IMG/VR virus record: IMGVR_UViG_2597490202_000002
Location: 21,372-85,371 of that record
Source of the DNA: a virus
Taxonomy: Duplodnaviria; Caudoviricetes
Strand: one strand, 5' to 3'
DNA length: 64,000 nucleotides
Positions within the stretch are counted from its first letter, which is position 1, and the number at the start of each line of letters is the position of its first letter. The position numbers and the translations under genes were made by a program. Positions 9,903 to 18,641 of the stretch are shown here, piece after piece. The notes below the pieces were generated by a model, which did no database searches, was not told the origin of the DNA, and saw only the letters and a program-made list of their open reading frames with translations.

Positions 9903-10319
9903 ATGGAGAGAGAAAATGGCGTTAAAAACAAAAAAATCACAATTGAAAAAGGGCGTGATGCAGGTATTACATTCAAAATTACCGAAATGCCTATTGCGAA
10001 AGCGGACAAATGGGCGACAAAAGCCTTACTCGCTTTAATGAGTGGAGGCTTTCAAGTGCCAAATGCAAAAGAGGGTATGCTTGGTATTGCTAGAGTGGCT
10101 TTATCGGCATTAAGAGAAATCCCAGAAGAAAAGGCGTTGCCGTTACTTGATGAGCTAATGGACTGTGTGGAAATCGTCACCGAAAGCGGTGCGACTCGTG
10201 CACTCGATTTGTCGCTTGGCGATGTACAAGACATTACGACTTTATGGCTATTACGCAAAGAGGCGTTATCTCTCCATATTGATTTTTTGGAGCAAGAGCC
10301 TACCCCGATCTCGGAGTAG
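9903..10319 (+). CDS. Tail assembly chaperone; native start probably 9916, put out of frame by an A7 run
   Basis: GRDAG..F.ITEMP motif; between tube and tape measure. Confidence 0.75.
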   Translation: MERENGVKNKKITIEKGRDAGITFKITEMPIAKADKWATKALLALMSGGFQVPNAKEGMLGIARVALSALREIPEEKALPLLDELMDCVEIVTESGATRALDLSLGDVQDITTLWLLRKEALSLHIDFLEQEPTPISE

Positions 10320-10498
10320 GCAAAGGTGGTGATGCAGTCGAATATGTGAATCTAAGTCAAGTTGTGGGTGCGGTGGTGAGTAGCAAATTAGCCACTTACC
10401 ACGAATTACAAACCGTTTACGGCTTAGAGGATGCTTTAGATCTGCTCGAAGTATTTACCGTAGATTCATACAACAACAGGAAGGCAAATAATGGCTGA
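10283..10498 (+). CDS. -1 frameshift extension of tail chaperone (gpGT-like)
   Basis: Slippery T TTT TTG at 10283-10289; -1 frame encodes ..KLATYHELQTVYGLEDALDLLEV.. Confidence 0.72.
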   Translation, partial: FFGARAYPDLGVGKGGDAVEYVNLSQVVGAVVSSKLATYHELQTVYGLEDALDLLEVFTVDSYNNRKANNG

Positions 10499-12995
10499 TG
10501 TAATTGATACGCTTGCGATAGATATTGTTGCTAATGATAGCTTTACTGCGGTAGCAAAACCATTTCTCGCTTTGTTAGAGCGGATGGAGCAGGAACTTGA
10601 TAGCAATGCAAAAGCTCTGGATGAAGCAAATAAAAGCGTAGAAGGGCTATCTACAACCGTTGCTGAATTAAACGATGCCACAAGCGAAGTCTCAAAATCT
10701 CAGGATAAGCATACAAAAGCGCTAGAGAAAAACGAAAAACAATCCAAGAAAAACGAGAAAGCCGCTAAGAATCTTCTTGATGGTGTTCTTGGGTTTGGCA
10801 AGGCTCTTGGCGCTATCAGCACAATGATTATGGCTGGGATTGGGCTTGATCGTTTAGTTAAGCAAACTTCTCAAGCTAATCAAGAACTCGATTCAATGGC
10901 AAAAAACATTGGAATGAGTAGCCGTTCTCTCGCCTCTTGGCAAGGTGCTGCGGAAGCAATGGGCGGAAGTGCTAGCGGTATGGCTAACACGTTGATGGGG
11001 CTATCTGGTGCTTTAACTCGCTTTCAGGTAATGGGCGATGCTTCTGTTATTCCATTTTTTAATGCGTTAGGAGTCGCGCCTTTAGATGCTATGGGCAATA
11101 TCCGAAAACTTGAAGAGATTATGCTAGAGTTGGCGGATAAGTTCAGCAAAATGGATCGTGGCACAGCGCTTGTTATGGCGCAAGGGTTAGGCATTGATGA
11201 AGAAACGTTTAACACGCTTGCACAAGGCAAAGAAGCCTATCAAGAGATGCTTGCTTATCAGAGTAAAATCTACAAATCCAACCAAGACGATATTGAAACC
11301 TCTAAGAAGCTGAATAAATCCGTCTCAATGCTAAATCAGCAATTTGACGGACTAAAACTGATGATTGCAAATGCGGCGGCTCCAGCCTTATTAACCATTA
11401 GCGAATTAACCACAAAATTCTTTGAGTTTTTAAGCCGAAATGAAAACCTTGTGAAAGGCGTATTTATGGGAATAGCTGGTGCAATGACAGCAGTTCTCAT
11501 TCCTACATTGCTTTCAGGTGCAAAAGCCGCTTTAGCGTTTATGGCTCCGTTTTTACCTGCAATTCTACTTGTAGCTGCTTTGGCTGGTGTTTTCGGATTG
11601 CTCTATGATGACTATAAAAAATGGGCAGAGGGTGGTAATTCCCTGTTTAACTGGGGGGCTTTTATTAAGTGGTTTGATAAAGCTAATTTTTCCGTTCGCA
11701 GTTTAGTAGATGGTTTCACTTATTTATTAACAGAATATGAAGATTGGAATGCTTTAGCTGAAGATGGTAAGTCTTGGTTAAAACTTAAAGGTTTTATTGA
11801 TGAAAACGGTTTATCCGTTGGCTCGTTAGCAACAGGATTTAAAAACCTAGGGAAAGACATTGTTGAGTATCTAATGCCTGTATTTGATCGCCTTTTAGGG
11901 ATTTTGTACAAAATCATTACGCTTGACTTAGAAGGTGCTTGGGAGGAAGTAAAGAGCCTAGGTAGTGATAGCGTAGATTGGGTAACTCAAAAAACGAAAG
12001 ATGCTTGGGGAAGTATTCAAAACTGGTGGAATGGCGTGGAAGAGCGAGCTCCAGAAGCTTTTGATAAAGCCGCTCAAATTCAATCTAGTGATGAAGCCTC
12101 ATTAACTCAACAAAGTAAAAATGCTGGGTTTGTTGATACTAAGAAAGGATTTAGCAAAGGAAACTTTGTCTTTGAAGGGCAGAAATCAGCTAAGGGGCTA
12201 ACACAAGAAGAAACAGGAGCGTTAGCTGCTCAAATGGTCAAGCGTGAAAGCGGTGGAAACCTTAGAGCAGAAAATCAATATGGATATTTGGGATTATATC
12301 AGTTCGGTGCGGCAGCATTAGTTGATGCGGGGTTAATCGATGATGCTAAATATAGAGCAGCAGTAAGAAAATATGGTAAAGGGTTATCGAATGGCTCTGA
12401 TGCTGATGTTCACAAGGCATTTTTAGCGGATTCAAGTAACTGGACCATCAAAGGTGGTCGAGAGGCATTTTTGAGTAGTAAAGCCATTCAAGATAATGCA
12501 ATCGTAGCTCTTATGAATAAGAATGTGGGGTATTTAGGCTCTACTTATCAAGGTTCAGCAGAACATAAAGTTGGCTTATTGATGGCAGCTCACTTAAAAG
12601 GAGCAGGCGGAGCGAAAGCCTTCGCAAACTCTGGTATAGATAGTACAGATGGTAATGGAACAAAAATATCTGATTACTATAATACAGGTCAAAAGGCGAT
12701 TCAGTTAGCCAAACAACAAGGAAAATCAAACCAAAGCAAACCTATAGATTGGAATACGCCTGTTGGCGGATATATGGTAGCAACAGCCTTAAATGCAACA
12801 CAACAAGCAAGACAGACTATGCAAAATCTTGCTCAACCTCAAAACATCAACAGTAATCAACGTACAGAAGTTGTAATCAACGGTGGAGTTAATGTACACT
12901 CTAGTGCATCAACGATAACAGGGACTACTCAAGATGCCGTTAATGGTCTTAAAACGAGTATGTCGGGATTACAATTCAATACGGGATTAGTGTGA
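10491..12995 (+). CDS. Tape measure protein with C-terminal lysozyme/lytic transglycosylase-like domain
   Basis: 834 aa helical protein; KRESGG...LGLYQFG motif. Confidence 0.85.
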   Translation: MADVIDTLAIDIVANDSFTAVAKPFLALLERMEQELDSNAKALDEANKSVEGLSTTVAELNDATSEVSKSQDKHTKALEKNEKQSKKNEKAAKNLLDGVLGFGKALGAISTMIMAGIGLDRLVKQTSQANQELDSMAKNIGMSSRSLASWQGAAEAMGGSASGMANTLMGLSGALTRFQVMGDASVIPFFNALGVAPLDAMGNIRKLEEIMLELADKFSKMDRGTALVMAQGLGIDEETFNTLAQGKEAYQEMLAYQSKIYKSNQDDIETSKKLNKSVSMLNQQFDGLKLMIANAAAPALLTISELTTKFFEFLSRNENLVKGVFMGIAGAMTAVLIPTLLSGAKAALAFMAPFLPAILLVAALAGVFGLLYDDYKKWAEGGNSLFNWGAFIKWFDKANFSVRSLVDGFTYLLTEYEDWNALAEDGKSWLKLKGFIDENGLSVGSLATGFKNLGKDIVEYLMPVFDRLLGILYKIITLDLEGAWEEVKSLGSDSVDWVTQKTKDAWGSIQNWWNGVEERAPEAFDKAAQIQSSDEASLTQQSKNAGFVDTKKGFSKGNFVFEGQKSAKGLTQEETGALAAQMVKRESGGNLRAENQYGYLGLYQFGAAALVDAGLIDDAKYRAAVRKYGKGLSNGSDADVHKAFLADSSNWTIKGGREAFLSSKAIQDNAIVALMNKNVGYLGSTYQGSAEHKVGLLMAAHLKGAGGAKAFANSGIDSTDGNGTKISDYYNTGQKAIQLAKQQGKSNQSKPIDWNTPVGGYMVATALNATQQARQTMQNLAQPQNINSNQRTEVVINGGVNVHSSASTITGTTQDAVNGLKTSMSGLQFNTGLV

Positions 12996-13180
12996 TGAAA
13001 AAATTTTGTTTACCATTTATCTTGATGTCGGCTCCTATGCTATCTGTAGCTAATGAGTCATTGCTATTTTCTTGTGAATCGGATAAGAATAATAATGAAT
13101 TTAGGCTAATAGAGCATACAGACAAGCTAGAAGCCGAATATCAAGTTGTTAATAAGAAAAAGTGTTTCGGTTTTGATTAA
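12992..13180 (+). pseudogene. Signal-peptide protein, probably truncated
   Basis: MMKKFCLPFILMSAPMLSVA signal-like start; stop overlaps convergent toxin stop. Confidence 0.45.
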
Positions 13181-13455
13181 TGATAAATCTCTCTCCGATG
13201 CCCGATTTCTAAGGCGGTTATCAACAATTCGCCATTATCAATATGGCAAATAATGCGGTAATCGCCTACACGATAACGCCACATTCCAGATAAATCGCCA
13301 ACTAAACCTTTGCCCCGATCTCGTGGATTTTCTAGCGTAGCTAAGGTTTTAAGATAGCGGATAATTTGTTGAGCCTGTTGAGGATTTTTCTTAGCGAGTT
13401 TGGCTAATTGCTTTTTAGCGGTTTCCGCTAAGATGATGTTCCAAGTTAAGCTCAT
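13177..13455 (-). CDS. relE: Type II toxin, RelE/ParE family
   Basis: GKGL.GDL...WRYRVGDYRII....IGHRREIY. Confidence 0.9.
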   Translation of the reverse strand: MSLTWNIILAETAKKQLAKLAKKNPQQAQQIIRYLKTLATLENPRDRGKGLVGDLSGMWRYRVGDYRIICHIDNGELLITALEIGHRREIYH

Positions 13456-13660
13456 TCTCGACTTCCTCTAATGAATAGGTTTTTTCTTTACCTGAACGGA
13501 CACGCTCAAGAACCGCATTAGCTAAGAGTAAATCTTCTAAATCTTCCAAATAGGCTTCTAATGCCTCTTTGACATAAAAAGATTTTGCTCGCCCAGTTTG
13601 GACGGAGAGATGATCTAAGCGTTGTTGTAATTCGTCTGGTAGTCTTACGGTCAATGCCAT
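13415..13660 (-). CDS. Ribbon-helix-helix antitoxin (RelB-like)
   Basis: LTVRLP..RLD.L...TGR.KSFYV.EA; overlaps toxin gene. Confidence 0.85.
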   Translation of the reverse strand: MALTVRLPDELQQRLDHLSVQTGRAKSFYVKEALEAYLEDLEDLLLANAVLERVRSGKEKTYSLEEVENELNLEHHLSGNR

Positions 13661-13885
13661 AGTGTTATCCTCTTACATTAAGATGTTGGAGTAAGTATAG
13701 GGTGGTAATAATTGTAATACAAGTAATATGTGGTAACAGGTGGCAAATTAAACGACATTATTCCCCTCAATATTGCCAAAATTTTAACCATAACTAACCG
13801 CTTGCGACTTCGTGTTGCAAGTGGCTTTTGTTGTACCTGAAATTTAACCCGATCAGAAATGGTCGGGTTTTTTATTGGAGAAAAT

Positions 13886-14590
13886 ATGTGGAACTCAATC
13901 GGTGTGCCAAGTGTTCCTGGGCTACCCAAAAACATTGGTGATGCAGCCATAAAATTCGGTGGTGGCTTAGCGGTAAATATGTTCTTTGGTAACTATTGGG
14001 GCATATTTAACCAGAACGGAATACCGCTATTACTGGCTGATAACGTGAAATCCGTGAAGTATCAAACAAGATCGAAGATTTCTAATGCACCTTTAGAACA
14101 AGGCTCTTTTGCATCTTATAACAAGGTTATAGAGCCTTATACTGTTGATGTGATGATGACAAAAGGGAGTGGGGGCGTAGCAGAGCGGAGTGCATTTTTA
14201 GCCCTTGTTGATGCGTTTGCGAATAGCACGGATTTATATATGGTAATCACGCCCGAAGCCATTTACCCAAATTGCAACATTATTGGGTATGACTATGCAA
14301 GAGAAGCTGGCGATGGAGCAAGGCTGCTAAAAGTCAATTTACACTTGCAAGAAGTAAGAGAAGTTGAAGTGGAATACACGGAAACAGAAGCTCCGCAAGC
14401 GGAACCAACGCAAAACCAAGGCGAAGTTTCTGCAAAAGATGTTGGTTCTACTTCTGGCTCGAATAATTCTATCCTTTTAAAAGGAACTAAAAGCGTAGAA
14501 GAAAAAGGCTTTTGGGGAACAACGAGAGATTTAGCTGGAGATGTTGTAGAAGTGTTCAAAGAATCAATGGGTGGTACTAAATGGCATTAA
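13886..14590 (+). CDS. Baseplate/tail tube initiator protein
   Basis: GGAG RBS; PLEQGSFASYNKV motif. Confidence 0.75.
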   Translation: MWNSIGVPSVPGLPKNIGDAAIKFGGGLAVNMFFGNYWGIFNQNGIPLLLADNVKSVKYQTRSKISNAPLEQGSFASYNKVIEPYTVDVMMTKGSGGVAERSAFLALVDAFANSTDLYMVITPEAIYPNCNIIGYDYAREAGDGARLLKVNLHLQEVREVEVEYTETEAPQAEPTQNQGEVSAKDVGSTSGSNNSILLKGTKSVEEKGFWGTTRDLAGDVVEVFKESMGGTKWH

Positions 14591-14889
14591 AGATTTATGA
14601 AGTACCAGTTAAAAATATCCCTAATCAATCGTTATCGGTGGTTGTTGGTGGCGTTGGCTTTGATATTGAACTTAATACAAGGCTGAATGAAGAGCTTTAT
14701 ATATCTTTAAAAGCAAATGGTAAATCTATCTTGAATAACAGAATTTGCCGAGATCGCACGCCTTTAATTAGTGTGGAGTATCTTAATGTTGGCAATGTAA
14801 ATCTTGCTTTTTTCGATACGCAAGGCAAACAAAATCCACATTACCAAGCGTTAGGAACAAGATATAAGTTGATTTTTGTGGAGCGGTAA
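14581..14889 (+). CDS. Baseplate plug-like protein
   Basis: IPNQS and LGTRYKL motifs; gene order. Confidence 0.7.
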   Translation: MALKIYEVPVKNIPNQSLSVVVGGVGFDIELNTRLNEELYISLKANGKSILNNRICRDRTPLISVEYLNVGNVNLAFFDTQGKQNPHYQALGTRYKLIFVER

Positions 14890-14890
14890 G

Positions 14891-15778
14891 ATGGGGAGTT
14901 TTACTGTTAAAAAGTTAAGGGTAACGATAGCACTCGGACAGAAAGAGCTTAATTTTGATGATAAGAATAATACGATTGTTGCAGAAAATTTAAGGGTATC
15001 TGCCACAATACAATCAGGAAATGGTGCTATACAACCTAACGCGAAGATTATGATTTATGGTTTAAGCCAAAATGTAATGAATCGTATATCGAAAATATCG
15101 TGGAATATAAAACAAGAAAAGCTGAATTCTATCAAGTTAGAGGCAAGTTCTGATGGTGGGCAAACTTACACGACCGTTTATTTTGGCACAATTACGTTTG
15201 CTTATCCTAACTATGGCTCAGCGCCTGAGGTTATCTTGACGGTAGATTCTGTTACCGCAATGAATCATCAAATTTTACCGGCAAAACCTTTAAGTTTTAA
15301 AGGCGAGGTTGATGTTGCAGGCGTTATCTCTGAAATATGCAAATCAATGGATATGCGCTTTGAGAATAGTGGCGTTACCGCAAAAGTAAGTAACGCATAT
15401 TTGCCCCAAACAGCATTAGAGAAAATTACAGAGCTTTGTAAAGCAGTAGATGCCACTGTGACTTTAGATGTTAATACAATTGCTATTACTCCAAGAGGGC
15501 AACCTCGGAATATAAAAGTCCCGATCATCTCTCCTCAAACTGGTTTAATTGGTTATCCAACACCGACACTACAAGGGGTTAGTTTGCAATGTTTATTTGA
15601 TCCGTTAATCAAACATAACGGGCAAATAGAGATTAGGAATAGCCTGATTGAATCAACAAACGGGCGATGGCGAATATATGGCTTAACGCATTACCTAGAA
15701 AGTGAAATCGCTGGTGGTAGATGGTTTAGTGCTATTGATGCATCAAGATTAGATGCGGGGGTGAAAATTGCAAAATAA
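14891..15778 (+). CDS. Baseplate hub protein
   Basis: IYGLS and TGLIGYP motifs; gene order. Confidence 0.75.
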   Translation: MGSFTVKKLRVTIALGQKELNFDDKNNTIVAENLRVSATIQSGNGAIQPNAKIMIYGLSQNVMNRISKISWNIKQEKLNSIKLEASSDGGQTYTTVYFGTITFAYPNYGSAPEVILTVDSVTAMNHQILPAKPLSFKGEVDVAGVISEICKSMDMRFENSGVTAKVSNAYLPQTALEKITELCKAVDATVTLDVNTIAITPRGQPRNIKVPIISPQTGLIGYPTPTLQGVSLQCLFDPLIKHNGQIEIRNSLIESTNGRWRIYGLTHYLESEIAGGRWFSAIDASRLDAGVKIAK

Positions 15779-16427
15779 ATTCGGACAAATGACGGAAGAA
15801 CAAAGTAGCGGAGGAGTTGGCGAGCTTGGTTTTATTGTCAGCAGCTTAATCAACCGCATACAAACCGTTACTTTAGTGCAAGTTAAAGCGGTAAATGCGA
15901 CAGGTGTCGCACCGGTCGGAACGGTAGATGTTCAACCAATGGTCGCACAGCTTGACGGGGAAGGTAAGGCTCATGCTCACGGTGTTATTCATAACATCCC
16001 TTATTTCCGATTACAAGGTGGTAGCAATGCGGTTGTTATCGATCCGAAAGTCGGGGATATCGGCATGTGTGGGTTTTGTAGTCGAGATATTTCCTCAGTA
16101 AAAGCCAATAAAGCACCATCAACGCCGCAAAGTTTGCGTAAGTTTGATTATGCGGACGGCTTATATTTTGGTGGATTTTTAAATGGCGTACCTGAGCAAT
16201 ACATCTTCTTTAAAGATTCAGGGATTGATGTTGTCGCAACAGGTGAGGTTTATATCAAAGGCTCATCAATCAAGCTTGATGCACCAGTTGAGACTACATC
16301 AACCATTCAAGCTAAGGGTGATATTACTGATAATGCAAGCTCTGGTGGTAAATCAATGGCTAGTATGCGCCAATCTCACAATAATCACACTCACGGCGGT
16401 GGGTCAAAACCAGATACAAAGGTATAA
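15768..16427 (+). CDS. Baseplate spike (gpV/gp138-like)
   Basis: OB-fold-like N-terminus, P.VGDIG, C-terminal HNNHTH. Confidence 0.82.
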   Translation: MQNKFGQMTEEQSSGGVGELGFIVSSLINRIQTVTLVQVKAVNATGVAPVGTVDVQPMVAQLDGEGKAHAHGVIHNIPYFRLQGGSNAVVIDPKVGDIGMCGFCSRDISSVKANKAPSTPQSLRKFDYADGLYFGGFLNGVPEQYIFFKDSGIDVVATGEVYIKGSSIKLDAPVETTSTIQAKGDITDNASSGGKSMASMRQSHNNHTHGGGSKPDTKV

Positions 16428-16430
16428 GTA

Positions 16431-16781
16431 ATGGACACGATATTTTTAAACCCTGAAATATGGGACTTAATGTTAGATGATGAAGGGAATATAGCTTATG
16501 CAAAAGACCCTTATGCAAAGGCTCAAGATGTTGCGAGTGCCATTAAGCTCTTTAAAGGTGAGCTTTACTATGATAAGGCAAAAGGTATCCCTTATTTTGA
16601 GGAAACGTTAGGCAAGAAACAATCTCTTGCGTTGTATCAATATCGGTTAGAGAAAGCAGCATTATCTGTACCTGAAGTTGTTTCGGCAAAAGCCATTATT
16701 CAAAGCAATGTGGATAGAACAATAACAGGGGCGATCAAGTTCACTGATGATAAAGGAAGAAAAGTAGAGGTTAATTTATGA
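16431..16781 (+). CDS. Baseplate wedge/sheath initiator
   Basis: LFKGELYYD..GIPY motif. Confidence 0.72.
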   Translation: MDTIFLNPEIWDLMLDDEGNIAYAKDPYAKAQDVASAIKLFKGELYYDKAKGIPYFEETLGKKQSLALYQYRLEKAALSVPEVVSAKAIIQSNVDRTITGAIKFTDDKGRKVEVNL

Positions 16782-17965
16782 CAAATGTACCAAACATACA
16801 ATTTACGCCTCAAGGGTTAATTTTGCCTACAGAGCAAGAAATTTTAAACGGTGTTTTAGCGGATTTTAATGTCGCTTTCGGTGGAAACCTTAATAGAAAC
16901 TTGGAAACCCCACAAGGTCAATTGGCAAGCTCCATCGCGGCGATTATTGCAGATAAAAATAATCAAATTGCTTGGTTGGTAAATAACCTGGACCCTGATT
17001 ATTCGGAAGGGTTTATGCAAGATGCGATAGGTAAACTCTATTTTATTAAGCGGAAAGGGCAGATTAACTCAACAGTTGAATGTACTTTTTATGGACTTCC
17101 AGGAATAACGATTCCAAAGGGATTTATTGTTAAAGACGAAAATAATAATGACTGGGTATTAGATCAAGAGATCAGTATATTGAGTTCTGGTCAAGTTGTC
17201 GGAAATCTTACAGCAAAAGGTATATATTCAGCTGCTGCTAATAGTGTAAATAAAATTCATCAGTCAATCTTAGGATTGGATAGAGTTGATAATCATAGCC
17301 CTGCTATTACAGGAACAGAAAAAGAAAGTGGTTCGGAATTTGCAGAACGTTATAAAAAAAGTGTAGCGAAAAATTCTTTAGGAATGCCTGCTTCTGTTTA
17401 TTCTAATGTGGCTTCATTAGATGGTGTTGTTGATTGTTATGTTATTGATAATCCTAAAAGCACAGAAACAAGAATAGGAATAACAAATAAAGTGTTAGAG
17501 CCTCATAGTGTTTATGTTGCGGTATTAGGTGGAAATGATCAGGAAATAGCAAAAACTATATGGAGATATGCTGGAAATGGGTGTGATTTTACTGGTGACA
17601 CAACAGTGAATGTAGAAGATGATAGTTATACAGTTCCTAGACCAGTGTATGAGATAAAATTTATGCGACCCAATTTGACCCCTATTTATTTTCAAGTGAA
17701 GTTGCGAACAGGTTCAGTTATAGGAAGTGCGGAACTAGTTAAATCTACAATAAAAAATACTTTCGATAAGCAAAATCGTAGGAAAATTGGCTCAACGCTT
17801 TACGCCATTGAATTTGTTTCTGATGTTGTTAATGCTTTACCTAAAGATCACCTGCTGGATATAAAAATAGGGAAAAGCAAATCTGTATATGCGGATTCAA
17901 TCGAATTGGGAATAGATCAATATCCAACACTCACGGAGTCAAATATTAGTGTGGTGTTTATATGA
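16778..17965 (+). CDS. Baseplate J-like wedge protein
   Basis: ETPQGQL, G...ES..F..R, PHSVYV motifs. Confidence 0.85.
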   Translation: MTNVPNIQFTPQGLILPTEQEILNGVLADFNVAFGGNLNRNLETPQGQLASSIAAIIADKNNQIAWLVNNLDPDYSEGFMQDAIGKLYFIKRKGQINSTVECTFYGLPGITIPKGFIVKDENNNDWVLDQEISILSSGQVVGNLTAKGIYSAAANSVNKIHQSILGLDRVDNHSPAITGTEKESGSEFAERYKKSVAKNSLGMPASVYSNVASLDGVVDCYVIDNPKSTETRIGITNKVLEPHSVYVAVLGGNDQEIAKTIWRYAGNGCDFTGDTTVNVEDDSYTVPRPVYEIKFMRPNLTPIYFQVKLRTGSVIGSAELVKSTIKNTFDKQNRRKIGSTLYAIEFVSDVVNALPKDHLLDIKIGKSKSVYADSIELGIDQYPTLTESNISVVFI

Positions 17966-18579
17966 TACAGCTAGAAAAAACAATTATTAGCCAATATGCA
18001 AATAGTCCGATCATAACTAGTCTGCTGAAGAATATTAATGAAAATCTAGATCCGAGAGTTGATATAGAGGGATTTTATAATTTAATTTGGAATCTTGATA
18101 CAGCTAGAGGTATAGGACTTGATATTTGGGGGAAAATCGTTGGCATAAATAGAAATATACAAGTTGATGAGAAAAATCAGTTTGTTAGCTCAACTTTAGC
18201 AACAGAAGATTTAAAGGATTTTGCTGTTGGTACTCGACATCTAATGAATGATGAAATGTATAGAGCAATGATATTTTTCAAAGCAATGAGTAATACTATT
18301 TATGCAACAGCTCCCCATATAAATAAATTAGTGTCCAGTCTTTTTGAAAAGAGAGGAAGGGCTTATTTCATTAAGAATGGGACAATGATGGCGAGATATG
18401 TGTTTGATTTTAATCTTACACCTATTGAAAAAGCTGTCATTATAAGTACGGATTTATTACCTAGACCTACAGGTGTTTTAGTTGATTTCTATGAACCAGA
18501 TATAAGGAATGCATTTGGTTTTAATGAAGCAGGTATGGCGCCTTTTGGGCAAGGTGCTTTTTATATAGGTGATAGATAG
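17962..18579 (+). CDS. Baseplate wedge subunit (DUF2612-like)
   Basis: SQYANSP, TARG.GLDIWG, PRPTGV motifs. Confidence 0.82.
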   Translation: MIQLEKTIISQYANSPIITSLLKNINENLDPRVDIEGFYNLIWNLDTARGIGLDIWGKIVGINRNIQVDEKNQFVSSTLATEDLKDFAVGTRHLMNDEMYRAMIFFKAMSNTIYATAPHINKLVSSLFEKRGRAYFIKNGTMMARYVFDFNLTPIEKAVIISTDLLPRPTGVLVDFYEPDIRNAFGFNEAGMAPFGQGAFYIGDR

Positions 18580-18641
18580 ATTAATTAATGAGTAATACAA
18601 GCCTGTGAATTTATTTCACAGGCTTTTTTATTGGAGTAAAT

